Shown one piece after another: positions 23,387 through 38,591 of a stretch of DNA of 64,000 nt. Every line of letters begins with the position of its first letter. Within the stretch, counting starts at the first letter, position 1. The DNA is from Blasia pusilla (lineage: Eukaryota). The notes under the pieces are model-generated. The model was not told the DNA's origin, did not search any database, and worked only from the letters and a program-made list of their open reading frames with translations. The translations under genes and the position numbers were made by a program. The stretch spans positions 29,698,001-29,762,000 of the forward strand of contig CM114271.1 of assembly GCA_050084515.1 (NCBI GenBank). Reading direction: 5' to 3'.

Positions 23387-26300
23387 TCATGAATTCGATG
23401 GATTGTTCTCATTAGCTAATTCTTCAAGGCTCTTTGGGGCAAGGGATGGATCGAGTATAGGGGCCAAAACCTGCTTAACCAGTTCGCTCTGAGCATCAAT
23501 CATTTGAGTGACCAACAATTTGGCACTTTTACAGCTCTCCTCATCAGAGAAGGCAAGAGTCCATCTTCCATCCACCAAGCGCTTCACACGAGACCCACCA
23601 GTTCCAAGCTTGCCGGCATCAGCAGATGGCCAGTGAGGTGAACGAATGCGAAGGTGCAGCCACCGTGGGTGATCATCATCCACCCTTGGCTGTAAGAAAT
23701 GAAGCACAAATTTAGTACTTCTAAACCATAGATTGTGAGAAATTACAGGTTATTTACAGCCCTGATTCCAGCAGACTCAACTTGAGCTCTTCCAGCCATG
23801 GACAGAGGACAATATACGAACTACAGTAATTTTGGAAACTACAATCACCGTGATAGTAGTTTCAGTTCATTCAACCCATGGCATGCATCAACACACCTGC
23901 AATCTAGTAGTTCTCTAGTAGTAGATTGCTAGCAAACAAAGTCCATGAAGACCAATGTAAATCTCATCTTCAGATGGACAGAAATTAGGAAAATAAAGTT
24001 GAAACCCACCTTGGAACCTGCAAGGGGAGCAATGACTCGAACAATTCCATGACCATCTTGGGATGTTGAGCCCTCAGCAAGCAGCAGCCAGCTCCCCACA
24101 TCCCTTTCTTTATGCGCCACCAACAAGTAGACCGACCGTTCTTTACCTCTCTCAAAGGCAACTCGGCAGGGTATTGCTTTACCTTCATCTATAAAACTAA
24201 ACGTCAGACATTACAGTACTTGCTCCATTTTTCCCACGGTGGCTCTTCAGCATATTTTTTGAGACAATGCCCGCTCGTGATTATGAACTCACAGACTAAA
24301 CAGTTTTGATTCAAAATGAAGTCTCATAGGTCTTCAGAGGCCAGCTATACAATTTCATCAAAAAGAAGACCAAGCATCTAACAGATTATAGAGTGCTTCC
24401 CTATCAAACTGCCCAATTCAGCAGACATACTCCTCTCAGCAAGAATTATCCAAGCTAAAATATTTAGAGCAACAAGTCTGGAGAGTTTACTCACTTAAAT
24501 CAAGCTCAGTTCCAACTCTAACACTTGAAAGTGTTATTCCCAGTCGTGAGAGAACATTTCCAGCCACTTCCTTGGGCTTCGCTAAAGCTGGAGCCTCTGG
24601 CCGGGTTCCTTTTGCTAGTACATGTTGCATTTGATGGAGAGCCACAAACACCTGCAGCATCCCATCACATTATGAAGAGTAACCCAAAAGCTACTGACTA
24701 AAAGAGTCCTTGAGACTTTGCATAGGCTGTGGTCTGCTCTTTTTGTTCACTTAGGTAGTGTTTGCCATCCTCCCTGCTGGGTACTGATAAAGCTTAGACT
24801 CTTTTTCTTTTGATTCTTTGATCTCTGGTCTTGGTAGATGATAAAGTCCCTTCATAATTTGACAACCAAAATAACCAACTGAAAGTTCATGAGAACAACC
24901 TTCACAGCTGCTCGCATTCTTTCTCCTATAACTGAAGAAGATACTTCACCTGAAGAGAAAATCAGAACCTTGTTAATTTACCTAGTTGTAAGATCAAATG
25001 AAGGCTTTTCCTCGGTGCAGCCTTATGCAACAAGAAAAACTTTCCTAGAGGTAGTGGACAAGAACAGCTAGTACCAGGTTTGACAACGAGAAGATTAAGG
25101 TTCCAGAAACCCACAACTAAATAAGAGACGCCAAAAAGGCAATCGTCTTTAAGAAACACGACGAAAGTAGAGCAGATACAAAGTAATAAAAGATAAGACC
25201 TCCCATTCACTGAATTTGCAGGAATGGACACACCTTCTACTTGAGATTCAAGTGTTCTTGGCAGAAGTACAAAAGAAGAATCCCTTTGCAAAGATGGAGA
25301 TTCCAAGGCTGCCAACATGCAGAAAATGATAGGTGCATATAATGTTAGTCATCTGATCAGGCTAAGTTTACTCCCACACTCCCATATTTCTTTTCTTTTC
25401 ATTCTCAACATCTGAAGAGTACTGATTCTATTGGCTTCTTATGTTAGGACAAACCGCTTTTCCATGCCCACCAGTTTGTCTGCCCGTTCAACCAAACAGA
25501 AAATAACATCCTTGATCCTGCTAAACATCATGATTTGAGTATAACTTGAAAAGAAGGATTGTGAAGGTTCTGTGCGATTGCCAATGAAATAGTCAGAAAG
25601 CACTCAAGCTAAAAAAAAGTAGGCTTTCATTAACTGTGCCATCATTTTGATTAGCAGCCAATAAATATCTAGAGAAAAAACATTCGCATACAATACAGAG
25701 ATAGTCAATAAAAAGCAAGACATCACCTTTTCTACAGACTTTCCATTCATCAGTTACAACTGACGGGATGACATCACACCAGCAGTCTGTCAACTCCTTG
25801 ATAATATCTTCACGAGCAGCTGCATATGCACTCTGATATGACGAACAAATAAGTACTTATGAATAAACAACTCACTGATTAAACACCTCCCTATTGTAAA
25901 CAGCAGCACTAACAACGCACATCACATGCACCGGCAACAAACTCTGTAAACCAACACGGAAAAAGATTTTAGCTGGCTCAAAACATATTCTCCACTATTC
26001 AAGAAAAGGAAACAGGCCTCCTTAGCCGACTCCTTCCTTGGACCTAGCACAAACTCAACAATTTCCTTGATCCTCCAGATTTTCAGAAACTAATTGTAGC
26101 CACTTACATCAAGTAGAGATAGTCTGAAAATGCTTAATTTGTGCTCGTGAAAAGGCAGTAGCTGACGAAGGAGCCACCCAGCATGCCATAAGGCTTCAGC
26201 ACATGGGGGAGGACGTCGGCATAGAAGCTGCATCAGGGCATCTAGCACCTGTACAATGACATTCAACACAATTTAAGAACTGACAAACAACTTTGATAGT

Positions 26301-29300
26301 TAACCCATTGTAGAGATAAGGGACTATACAAATGTAACAAAAACAAATGTCCGTATGAAAATACTTCTGGCCAGATTAGAATGTAAACCTTCTTGATTTC
26401 TGGAACTCACATGATATACAGGGGCCATATGCAACCAAACCATCAGGATTGACAAGTTTAATACCACTTCCAGTGCATTGGGAATAGGCTTACAGAAACT
26501 TAAAACACCTTCTGAGTGTGCATAGCTGACTAGGCAAACAAGAGATTTCCAATAAATACCTCACTCCTGTGTTTGGTTTTCATCCCAGGGCAATCGTCCT
26601 CTCCAGCATACTCAGAATGACCTTTGGGCTGTATATTCTAGTAAATCAATACCACACACAATGATCAGGCTGAGTGGCTTAGAACAGCCCTTGAGATCTT
26701 TCACTTGACCTGACTAGTGGAGAATTATTCCATTCCTACATTTCAAGGATCTGGGTTGATGGATAGTTAACCTGACATCACAGTTCCAGTCGATCTCTAT
26801 CCAACACTAACAATTTAGAGAACGTAATTAGCCCAAAGAACTGGGGGACATACCACAAAGTCAACATAATCTGTGATTTTGAAGTTCCGGAACCCCAATG
26901 CCACATCATCTTCAAAACGTTCTGCAGGATCTGAAAAAAGCTCTGGCTCCTCTTCAGACTGACTGCCCATCAAAGCTTGCTGTCCAAAAGAGAAAAAAAA
27001 CCCAATGCATTGCATGAAAACAGAAGTCTGCAAGCAATTTTCTCAAAGGATCATGGATTTACATAAGGAAATACTGTTCATCTGCATTACTAAGCCACTC
27101 TGGTCGATTTAACAAGCCCAACATATGGACAAGAGCATCCAAGTTTGACCCTAGGCTACTGCCATACAGGCTGACCTAAAGCTGTTCAACCAACTGCACG
27201 TGTGCACTGCCCGACCAGGTCAGGGTCCAGGTCCCGATCAAGGGGCCAGGGCCTACTGGGAAACCACCCCTCCTCACTTGCCTCTTCACCCCGGTTCCAA
27301 CCCCTTCTTGGTCTTTCCTGATGACCTATATATCATGTCTGTTGGTTGTGTGAGGTTGTCTGCCTGATGATACCGGACATCTGACTTGCCTACATCATGT
27401 GAAAACAGTATCTATGAGTGTGATGCCACATACTGCAGTCAATGCAGACTATACCAATAGCATATGCTTATGTTGCTTCAGCCGAGGAAGAATTCCCAGA
27501 GCATCCAAAAGCATGTCGTCCAAAGCTGTGAACCACCAAATTTCTCAAGTCAGTGCCTCCTCTCTGTTTGAAAGGACTGCAGCAGAATCTAATTATTACA
27601 CAAGTGAACATTACGAATAGAACGCAAATAAGTCCTCAAATCATTATTAAGGTGTTTTTCAAGACCCAAAGATCACAATGACGGGTGCAGAAACAAGAAG
27701 TTTTGCCTAACAGCCTTCTGTGCAGTAAAATTTCTGGTTCAGTGACTCAAGTTTAAACTCATAATATTTTCTGATATACTTGCGGATACAAGGTCAGCTT
27801 CTCACACAGAAAAACAAGACAAACAATCCATCATTTCCTTCGAAGCGCTTTATGTTGCTGTTCTGATCATTCATTCTTTCACACATTAGCTGTACCTAAT
27901 TGAGTGAACCACAATTAGGACAGACCAAAGCAACCAGCTCTAGATTCTGGGGAGAACACACCTTCATTTTGTAGAAGAGACACAAGCACACACAGAGATG
28001 CCAACACCAGCTTGTCATCCTCGTGAAGAAGGTATGATAGAAGCGCTTCTCTGAACCAAGTATTGATGGGTATTAGGTACTTCAAGTGGCCAAGTCAACT
28101 GCCATTAAAATCAAAAGATCTGATAGTATCATGCTGTACGACTACCATACCACACAAAAGAACATATCAGAAGCTCTAAAATGGCATGGTTTTGTCCCAG
28201 CATGGCACTTCCTTTGCAATCATTGACCTAAAAAACAAAGTCCACTTGTTCTTCTTTAGTGGATTTTAAAATGACTTTTACTCTCACCCTCTAGATTACT
28301 CTGAGGACCAGAGACTCTGAGGCCGACAACATTTTGACCTTACTCTCATAAATCCACTAAGGTTTTCTTGAACGCTCAAGTTCAATCACTTTTCCAACTT
28401 TAGGAGAAGAAAATCTGACCTTCAAAAGCGAGGAAACTGTGCCTAGAAAAACCATTCATTAAAGGATATCCAGTCACTGCATAAAGCTATACTTTTCAAG
28501 TCTTTCAAAACCCATTCAAACCATTTCACAGCCTACGACCACTCTGCTAGTCATACTAGGATCTCCATCAATGATCCACCATTCAGCCAGAAAAATCAGC
28601 AACATTAATCCCACAACATCTTGTAACTCTTGACCTAATCACCATGAAGTGGCTCAATCAGGTGTGTAATTGCCTACTAACAGCACATACAACAAGAGAT
28701 CATAAGGGCCCTTGAACAGACGTACATAAGTTCAACTACCTTACAAAGAATGGCCTGATTATAGTACATTGCAAGTCACGACACTAGCTTTTGCAGGGCC
28801 TAGATTGGCAAAATCACCTTGGGCTTTCCGCTGGACACTCGCCGTTACTGCACTGAAACAACCCTAGTTTTGCAGGGTGCGATTGGGTTCCAGAGGTCTC
28901 TTCCTTCTCATTGTCACATGGTCTGGGACACTCTTCTCCCTTAAAGGAACCTGGAGGGTTCGTATTCTCATCTTCTTCATTAATTCTCACAGAGCTATCT
29001 ATGCTCTCTGTAGATCCATGAATTTGAGGAGCACCATTCTCCATTTTCGCAGAAGATCCCCATTGAGAGTTTTGGAGAAGACCGGCACTGATGTTATTCA
29101 CCAGGGGTTTCAGTTTGACTATGTGTAACAAACGAGACACCAAGTACATGGAGCAGAGCGCGCTCACATGCTTTATCTGTGAAAACAATTGCCAGATCAC
29201 CATTTAAGTAAGCTAAAGTGAAAGCTTCACTGATCACAAATTATGTTCACCCTCAGCAAGAAACCTGATTGGTTAAATCTTCACTGTGAGTTTCCCATCC

Positions 29301-32300
29301 ATCCATGAGAGTTCAAATGAAGATACATACCCAAAGATAGGTAACAAAATTGCCAGAGAAGTGCAAAACTCATTCTACACCTAGAATTCAGTCATGATTA
29401 TGGCTACTCTACAGAATGTTCAGCATACAAGTTGGAGTTCAAAATATGTACCCCAGTGGTGAAAGCTGAATCAACAACCGGGCAGAGGGCAGGTATCAGC
29501 ACAGGTAGAACCAGTGAATTCATTATGTGTTTGCTCATCAGCTCATTCAGGTTTGGAATGCCTGAACACATTACATCGTTACAGTAGAACAGCAGGTCCC
29601 CAATCTCTGCTATGGCTGCTTCCAATCGGCCTATGGTTGGGGTTGACTGCGGATCCCTACATATGAATAAATACGTGGCAAATAAGCACCCACCCATGTA
29701 CAAAAAATGGCAGAAAGATAACTACATTAAGCCATTCTGATATGCCAGATGTTGCACATCTCTTGCACCCCAGAGAGGGATGAAGCAGCCTGCACCTAGA
29801 TAATACAACTTGACAAAGAACTTCTTCACAAATAAAATCTTATTGTCGGCATCATGAGGTTACGATCAGTCCCATTCCACTCTGTCCTTTCCTCTCCAAG
29901 ATGTAGAGCTGCACTGGTAAATAATGTCCATTGAGGATCCCAATCAGTAAAGTAGATGGTGTGGTGAAGAGTTTCTTGGTTGAATCTTGGAAGCTCCGCA
30001 CAAACACGTTGTTTCGTCAGCACTCACACTATATGAGAGTGTCTCCCTCCTCTCATATGGTACCTTCTTCACTTGCTTCTCTCTCTACACCCATCCCAGT
30101 CTCAAGCACCGTCCAACCAGGGCGCAGGGTCTATGGCCTCAAGGCTACGACAGGCACTACTTAATGAGTACAGTCTCCAAGATGTAGATGACTGAAGGTG
30201 CTGGCACTTATACTTACACACTAACCATCTACAGGAAGTTCGGTAAAGAACAATCTGAGAAAAATAAACTACATCAGTCTTCAACTTGATTATATTCGGC
30301 AAAACGAATCCAAAATAGAAGAGGAACCAAAATAATGGATAGTCAGGAAACACTAAGTCAAGTTCCAGAGTCTCTGAAGGATGATGCGATTGCTTCTTCA
30401 GTGGCTACCAGTGCCAATATTTATGCCCTTGATTTGCTAGGCGTAGAATGTGCAGCAATTCTACATGTTATACAGGTCTTCATTGTGATCTTGAAGAAAC
30501 TAAAAAACCACTATGAACACCAAAAACAAACCTCATGATGCATCCACAGAAAATATTTGCAAACTATAGCGACTATTAAACCACAATCTCTCGCATTGCC
30601 AGTTTTCTATCACCTTCTCAACAGTTTAGCAAGAAGGATAAAGAGAGAGTGACCTTGCAGCTTCAGCTACCAGACGATCAAGATTGAGGCTCTGCTGCCT
30701 GAGGAATGTAACAACTTCCGAAAAATAGCTGACAACCAGGGGGCTCATCACAAACTTTTGGACACTTTCATCCTCAACTGCAACAAAACACAAAGTTTCA
30801 ACTCCCCCAAAACTATTTTCTGGATTTAACCATTCTCGCAAGTCACTGTCAGAGTAGTTGAACACACTGAACATTAAATAAATGTTCCAAAAGACACTAC
30901 ATATACACCCATAACACAATGGTTCCCATAATCTGGCATCAGAACTGTTTTCATCACTTTTTACAAAAGCCTATAACTAGAAGATCAGGCCTAGAATCAA
31001 CTGCAGATTAGAGAAACTTGCAGATTCCATCAAGATGTGAGACAGCTTGAGATTATAACTTACCATTGTAAACATTGAGAGTAAGGGTTCGAACCGCTAT
31101 CCGCACCATACTCTCTTCATGATGGAAGAACTTTACAGCCTCACTATACAAAGGGAAAGATACAACCTCATCCTGCACAAAACCCTAAATTGACTTGATA
31201 AAACTGAACAAAACTTGGAACTGTCTGAAAAAGAATTCATCAACAGTTAACACAGCCACCTTGAGTAATATTATTTTCTCAAAGAGAGAATGTTTCAGAA
31301 ACCAGCTTGGTATATTGTCAATACCAGCTAACAGAGCTGAAGAATATACATACAGGCTCTCTGAACCAAGCAAAGTAGGTCTCTTAACTACACATACACT
31401 AAATTTTGCAAGTATGGACACAACTGCAAATTTATCTTGCGAATCAATCGCCACGTGGCCCAAATTCTGTCAGATGTGCCAACACTCTTAGCATTCTTGG
31501 TCCATGCAGAGACTGGCATATTTTTCATGAGATTGAAAAGAAGGTCAGATTCATTTCAAAACTTCACAAAACCGACTCAGCAGCAGACTGAATTCATCTG
31601 CAAGGTTCTCTTTTCAATTCAAACCAATCACCTGGAAATGATATGAGAAGAAATCCACATACATTATTGGTCTTGATAAAGAAGGAAACAGTTGTCCGAT
31701 CGAGCTTGACACTGATTGTTCTGGGAGTTCACAACAATCACCACAACAAAAGTGAGGAGGATAAATGAAGGACAACATCTTCCCTAACTGCTCACAACCT
31801 TAGTTCTGATCTCAAGTTTTAAAGCGACCTATCAAAAACTACGTCACGCCTCTCAAAGAAAATGACCAAGGTAGCTCCGTTTACCTCAGAAATGAAATGT
31901 AATAAGCAAGTGTTTCTTCATGGCGAAAGTCAAACGGGTAAGTGATGAAGTTGTTGATGTACTCATTGCTAAATAAATAATCTGCCATCAAAACAGTAAC
32001 ATTGAGGTCAAAGCTTCTAATCCTGGTGTGAACTGTTATCCCATCTCTATCTAGGATAGGACAGCTCTCCTTCAGCTCATAATACCAAATTAGGTGCCAC
32101 TGTAATCACTAGTGCGCAATAAAATCTTGACAACCACCTGTATTTACCAAAACAAACAACCCTACGATGTCGTAAAGGAAGTCAACTCCCTCTATACTGT
32201 AACCATATAAGAAGATATGCTCAAGACAATGAGAGGAAGTGGAAGTCCCAGGTACATGGGGCATCACAAGGACTTAATGTGACCTTTCATCTTAAGACAA

Positions 32301-34808
32301 GAAATTATCTACAATTACAGCTTATGTACCTAATAAGGTAACAGTTTGCCATGTGCAGTTGCCAAATTTAGCTTACTTTCATAAGATAAGAATACTCACA
32401 GATAGCGTGCTCGCTGCGGATATTTCCAATTATGATGCTCAGAGTTTGAAGTAACTGCACTGCAACACTACTATTTTTGCTGCTGCCATTCAGAATTCGC
32501 AAGAAGTGCGCCATGATCTGCCTCTCCATAAAATAACTGCACATATTCACGAGTATTTTGGACCAAACCCTGTGAACGTGGCTTGCATCTTAATCACACT
32601 GCAATTTTTTTTTGAGCCATGTTTTTACCATCGTATCCACGTTTCAATCTTAAACCATGATTAACAGGGAAAACACTACAAACAGATGATCACCAGGTAA
32701 ATTGACTTACTCAAAAAATGAGGGATCATGTTGATCACCCCAGATCATGTGCTCTGCAATTGACCTTAAAGTCTCAACGACAAAGTCCTGCACTCCGATC
32801 ATCACAAATGTGCAACTGAGTTGGAGATGCCTACCCGTAACTGAACACCTGAGATGAAACTGTCAAAGCATCTGGAACCCAAACGTTAGCACACATCAAA
32901 AGCCCCACCTTATTAGAGTCATTAATGACTGTGACTTTTTGCAGCTGTTCATGGAGATACCTGCTCCTCAGTACAAGATCACATCAAAGCATACAGAGGT
33001 TAGTCAGTGATGTGAGAGTCCATGGATCCCAGGGTACACATGGAGATCATATAAAAAGATCAAGTCAGAAACTTTCAGGCCAACCTCCTCAACTTAACAA
33101 ATACAAGTCGTCCTTTTGAGTTCCCACTACTGTATACTGTAAGAGCCTAAAATAAATTGCTCTTTCACATTGATTTCAAGTAGAATTTTCTACAAAAAAT
33201 TGGCTAACAGTTTGGCTGGGATACACAACTGAAGAGGATGTTCCAAGTTCTAATTTGAGTTGAAGAATCCACTTACATTCAGTAATGGCAGACACCTTGT
33301 CGGCAAAGTTTCTGATACATGTGACCGTTTGAAATGTTTAAGAGGGGCTGGAAGGCAACTAGGGGATTCTTGTGGGCCTGTGAATTGTGTGACAATGTCC
33401 TCGCCTCAAAACTCTCATTGTTGCAGTACTCGACAAATATCTTTGAGGAAGACTAGTAGCATACACATTCCATTTCCATCTGGACCTGGTCACTTAAGAG
33501 AATGTTTAAGGAAGAAAAGTATATAATGCCTTATTATTATGAAGTCAACACTCCAGAGCCAAAGCGAATATTTAGTTTCACAAACTTAAATATTTGTTGG
33601 ACCCATACATATATTGACAAACACAGCAAACTAAGAAGCGTGTTAAGAGCTTTAGCGAGCAGCTGGAACAGGCTTACTACAGAACGTAGGTTCAGTGTGA
33701 CAAATTGCTGAAGTGTTAAATATTGTCCAGACACAAGGACAACCTTATTGGCTTTATGGGCTTCATACCCAATTTGAGAAGTTTCCTTGCTTCAGTACAA
33801 CATTTAGGGTGAACCCCATGAAAACTGCAACACCTTACAAGATCCCTTCTGTAAAAATTTACCCGCGATTCTTGAGAAGCTTGAAATTTCAGAGGGTCTC
33901 ATGAACAGGAAAGAAGCATAAGTTGTGCTACAGACAAAGCCTTGTCATACCCCTGAGGAGGCATCTCTCCAACGCAGGGACGAGGGGCGTCTAGTGCATC
34001 ACACTAACTACAGTTTGTATCCAAACGAGGAGGTGACTCCACATTTTGTTTTCCACTACATGTTCCCCGTCAATGACAAGCTTGCGAGGAATAAATTGAC
34101 TTACACGGTTTCACTGATTAGTTTACAAGCCCATGCTAAGAAAGTACGAAAACGGTCAGAACGCTACCGCACTAAAAATGGGAGTAGGGCTTCTCTGCTA
34201 ACCACGAGCTGTGGGTTAAACAAAAGGCCCAATTCCGCAGGGTGATGGCGTTTGACACTAAACATTTCCAGACATGTGAGATACGGACCAGTTAAAAGTC
34301 CTCGCCTGGATAATTGGCTTTTAAGTCTGCTATTAGGTCAATTCCTCTTTTCCAATCGAGAAAGCCACACTTCCACTTCGGCTCCATCTTCCTATACCAT
34401 TCTTCCCCGTACAGAGGTTACCTTGTGAATAACCCCTTTCTACCTGCCATCAGTATGCTTACTCCAAAAAAATTTCTCCTACTCATTCTTCGACAGCCCT
34501 TCGATGTATGCGTGATATGCAGGAGCTCTATTGTTTACTCAGCACAAGCGGGGCTTAGGTCGTCTCCACTACTCCCTGGATCTCAATCTTCCGGCTTACC
34601 AATGGCAAAACACGTCAATTCTTCTTCACGTAATTCATTCCCGCATATATTCGGCTGAAAGACTTGCAAAATGGACAAACTCTGTGATCACAAACACTAA
34701 ATTGGTGTTTTCCGGAGGAGAAAAAGTCGGGCCACGGAAGCAGCACGATGATCTGACTTACTTGAGCTCATCCAGGGAGAAGCGCTCCCGGGAACGCCAG
34801 AACCACAT
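23387..34808 (-). CDS. TT9: TRANSPARENT TESTA 9 / GREEN FLUORESCENT SEED 9 (CLEC16A-like, FPL domain), multi-exon
   Basis: Exon 1 [16 protein letters not shown] (ATG 34808); [89 protein letters not shown]; final exon [25 protein letters not shown] with stop at 23387. Not all internal exons were resolved. Confidence 0.93.
29930..30180 (+). mobile_element. 3' end fragment of a LINE inside a TT9 intron
   Basis: [17 protein letters not shown] resembles a LINE ORF2 C-terminus. A 27-nt stretch (GTAAAGTAGATGGTGTGGTGAAGAGTT) is identical to about 61287, and a 3' motif is shared in reverse with about 55745. Confidence 0.55.
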
Positions 34809-35686
34809 GATGAGCCCTGATTGGTCTTAGCTATTCTGGCGCAGGGAAGTCTCCAAGGGTACATTTCAGAGGAGTGCACTCTCCCAGATACATGGTACAA
34901 AACCCTTGTCCTCCTGACAATTCGTCTCTCCTCGCCGCACCAACCCCTTTCGTTTTGAATAAGCCGGAGGTATATCAATCTACACTATCTTCTCCACCCA
35001 GCCCTTCGAAACCGAGGCCGACCTCCTACCTTCGCCACACAATCAAAGGACGGCAATCGATTTCTGGCCACTCTCGATCCGTTCAAGGAGCCCAATCCCA
35101 CCTTCTCCTCCTGCTCAAATAATGTCTCCAGATCTAGCATCTAGACATCCACCCTGTCTTCCACAGCGATCGCTTCATTTATCACAACCAATCCGCCCCC
35201 AATACTTTGTCCATCCCCGCAGTCCGCTTGCTTCATGTTCATGAATGTCATCTCTATTCTCTCTCTTCCTCCCTCCCTCCCTCCTCTCTTTCCCCGCCTT
35301 TGTGTGCCTGTCGGTCCGCTTGGGATCGATGAACCGGGGTGGAAGCATGCCCTAGGCTAAAATGGAGCTAGTCGATCAACCGGACACCGTCCCTCGCGGT
35401 GAAGCCCAAACTCTCGGCCCGACGCAGGAACCGCCGGGGAGAGGGAGCCGCAAAGTGACGTGTCAAGTTGTAACGAGGTATTCGGTGGTCAACCACGTCA
35501 AAAGCGTCGTCACGAGCGGAAGAGTCCGGCGGTTCCAGCGTTCTTGTGGCCAGCCAGTGAAAGAACCAAAGTTACGACAGGGGGGGCTACAGTTCTGTAG
35601 GGGCTGGCAGAGAATGATAGGCTCACTTGACCTGGAAGTGAGGCAGCTGCTGCGGCATGCGAGCGAGCGAGATTGGTGGTGGAGAG
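34809..35686. promoter_or_regulatory. Shared 5'/promoter region between divergent TT9 and PYD3
   Basis: Start codons are about 880 bp apart, head to head; pyrimidine-rich CT tracts near 35250-35300. Confidence 0.5.
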
Positions 35687-38591
35687 ATGGCACAACGCGC
35701 AGACGGGTCCCTGAAAGGCTACGAATCTGTCCATCGCCTGCTGGAGGAGAATTTGCCCGCCCCACTTTTCCAGGTTTGTATAACGCGAGTCGGGACTATC
35801 GCGGATTATAGCTCCATGTACGATTGCACTGACGCAGATGTTGTGCAGAAATTCATTAGTACTCTACTTCTCTCTTCCAATGGCTACAACTCAGGGAAAA
35901 CTGGATCGATAATTGGGACATAACGAACCCGTTCAGATGGAATTGAGTGCTCATTTTACACGCACAGAATATTTTTTCACCCGCGTAGTGGGACTGAAAG
36001 TTTTGAAAGCATTTTGTGAACTGGAAATGTGGGCCGTCACTCTCTCCACCACCTTCTGCATGCGAGATTCGCAATTGGTGCTGCCTGGGACAGCATAGCT
36101 ACCCGATCCAGCAACCAGCACTAGATTTTTGAGAGTGTCTTCACTCACAGGAAAACCAAAGGATTCAGAAGTGATCAGACACAGCTGCAGCTCTCGTATT
36201 TAGGAGTTCAATATTGATTTTTGTAGTCACAACATGCCTGAGGGAAGTCATACATCCGAGCGGTAACAAAAAAATTTGATCGGCGTTTAGTCACCTCCGA
36301 AAACTTTTTTAGTACAGTAGGTCCATTTCCTCGAACAAGTCCGTAGCTGACCGAGAGACATCCCGTTGTGGTGATGCCTTGCTATCGGAAATCCTTGGTG
36401 CTGATACACTCAATCGCCTGTAGGAAGTGAGTAGAATTCTACTTGGGTACAATGGTGGAAAGGCGGTGGAAGCCCTGGCTTTGCCGGAGTCAATTACTGA
36501 AGAGGCTGTGGCACAGAACTTCGACGTACTGGTGAGCGACTACTTCAACGTCAAATTGTGTCGTCGCTTTACATAACGGAACCTTCTTCCAATATCAGAC
36601 GATGCCTCTAAATTGAGCTGAGGCATCTAGAAGAGGGAACATGGTAACTTCTATGTTCAATTGGTCTTGATTTTTAGGGCACAGAAGAGAAATTCAAATC
36701 CATGAGCCCTGCATCCTGAAAAACTCTCACTCTTTGCATCTTTGTTGGACAAGGCTTACCGTTTCTCTGCTACCGAGGAACAACTGCGGAAGCGGAGAAT
36801 TGTTCGTATTGGGTTGATTCAGAACGCCATTGTACTGCCCACGACCACCCTCTTTGTTGATCAAATGAAGGCGTTGAGAGATAGAGTGGGGACAATCATT
36901 CATGCAGCAGGAGTGGCGGGAGCCAATGTTTTATGCCTACAGGTATCCTTGTGCATTTTGGCCCATTCTCTCTGTCAGGGAACAAGAATCCTGTGAGTAA
37001 CAATCCATGGATGATGTTTTGAATTCCGCGCAGGCTTTAGATTTGTGGGCCTACGACGATTGCGTGGCTGGTTGTATCAACGTCGAAGGTGTACCTAGCC
37101 TTTAGATGCCTGCCAGGCAATTCTCTTTGGAATCGTCTCTTACGCATGCAAAACTAACCAACATGGAAACAGGAAGCCTGGACAATGCCGTTTGCGTTTT
37201 GTACTCGGGAGAAAAGCTGGTGCGAGTTTGCAGAAAGTGCCGAGAATGGGCAGTCCACAAAGTTTCTGCAGGAGTTGGCCCGCCGATACAACATGGTGAT
37301 CGTGAGCCCCATCTTGGAACGAGACGAAGCACACGGTGACACTCTTTGGAATACTGCAGTCGTCATTGGCAACCAGGGGAATATAATCGGAAAGCATCGG
37401 AAGGTGAAATGAGCCATGAACGTGCACTCCCTTACGTGTCTAGCTGCAAACCAAAGGTCTATGGATAAGTTTTTTTCAACGAAAAGTATACTTCTCTTAA
37501 ACAATCGTAGCTTAGAGGTACGTCGTATATGCCTGTATTTTGGGCCATAATAATCTTGCAGCCATTCTGATCTCCTTTTGTTTTCTGCTTGCTCAATTCT
37601 CGTCCTTCCAACAAAACTCGGCTCTAAATCGTCAGACTTCAAACGGAGGTAAGCCTTTGACCTCGAATATGGAGGTTAAAACTCGATACTAACGGCGTTG
37701 CAAAAATACATTCCAGAACCATATTCCAAGAGTTGGAGATTTCAACGAGAGCTCTTATTATATGGAAGGCAACACCGGTCACCCTGTCTTTGAGACAGCA
37801 TTTGGGAAAATTGCTGTCAACATCTGCTATGGAAGACATCACGTTCTAAACTGGCAGGCTTTTGGTATGAATGGTGCTGAAATCGTCTTCAATCCGTCGG
37901 CAACAGTCGGAGAATTGAGCGAGCCCATGTGGCCAATTGAGGTGCGTGCGTGTGACATGAACCATCAGAATACAAAAGATGGTCTCTTAGATCTTTTATC
38001 ACGATACGTCTCTGTCCGAGCCACAAGTGAGATTTACTGTGGCATTTGTAGCTGTTGCCCCAGCCAGATGAACTTTGTCAACTATATCAGGCAGCATCTT
38101 CGTTTCTAGACTCCCTGCGCGGCTTACGTATTCCCCTTCGCTTACTCATCTCATCTATCCCAATAATCTCAAACAGGTTTTGTATCATGCTCTAAAGGCC
38201 ATGTTTAATTGGACAGGCTCGGAATGCTGCTATCGCAAACTCTTACTTCGTCGGTGCAATCAACCGGGTCGGCACGGAAACATTCCCGAGGGCTTTCACT
38301 TCGGGAGATGGCAAACCGGAGCATAACGATTTTGGCCATTTTTACGGGTCTAGTTATGTTGCCGCCCCCGATGCCTCCTGCAGTCCAAGCCTCTCCCGTC
38401 ACCGAGATGGCCTCATGTTAGCCGATGTGGACTTGAATTTGTGCCAACAGGTGAAGGATAAGTGGGGCTTCAGGATGACCGCACGGTACGACATCTACGC
38501 CAAGCTCCTTGCTGATTACATCGACCATAGATTCAAGCCTCAAATTGTCAAAGATCCGTCTTTGGATTCCCCGAAGGAAAATGACGAGTGA
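35687..38591 (+). CDS. PYD3: Beta-ureidopropionase (beta-alanine synthase, nitrilase superfamily), 6 exons
   Basis: Exons 35687-35773, 36424-36531, 36754-36942, 37173-37403, 37717-37941, 38217-38591. Catalytic E-K-C motifs [70 protein letters not shown]. An alternative ATG lies at 35657. Confidence 0.96.

Noticed and set aside
36605-36629. Short inverted repeat GATGCCTC...GAGGCATC in a PYD3 intron
   Set aside because: An 8-bp stem is expected by chance in 64 kb.
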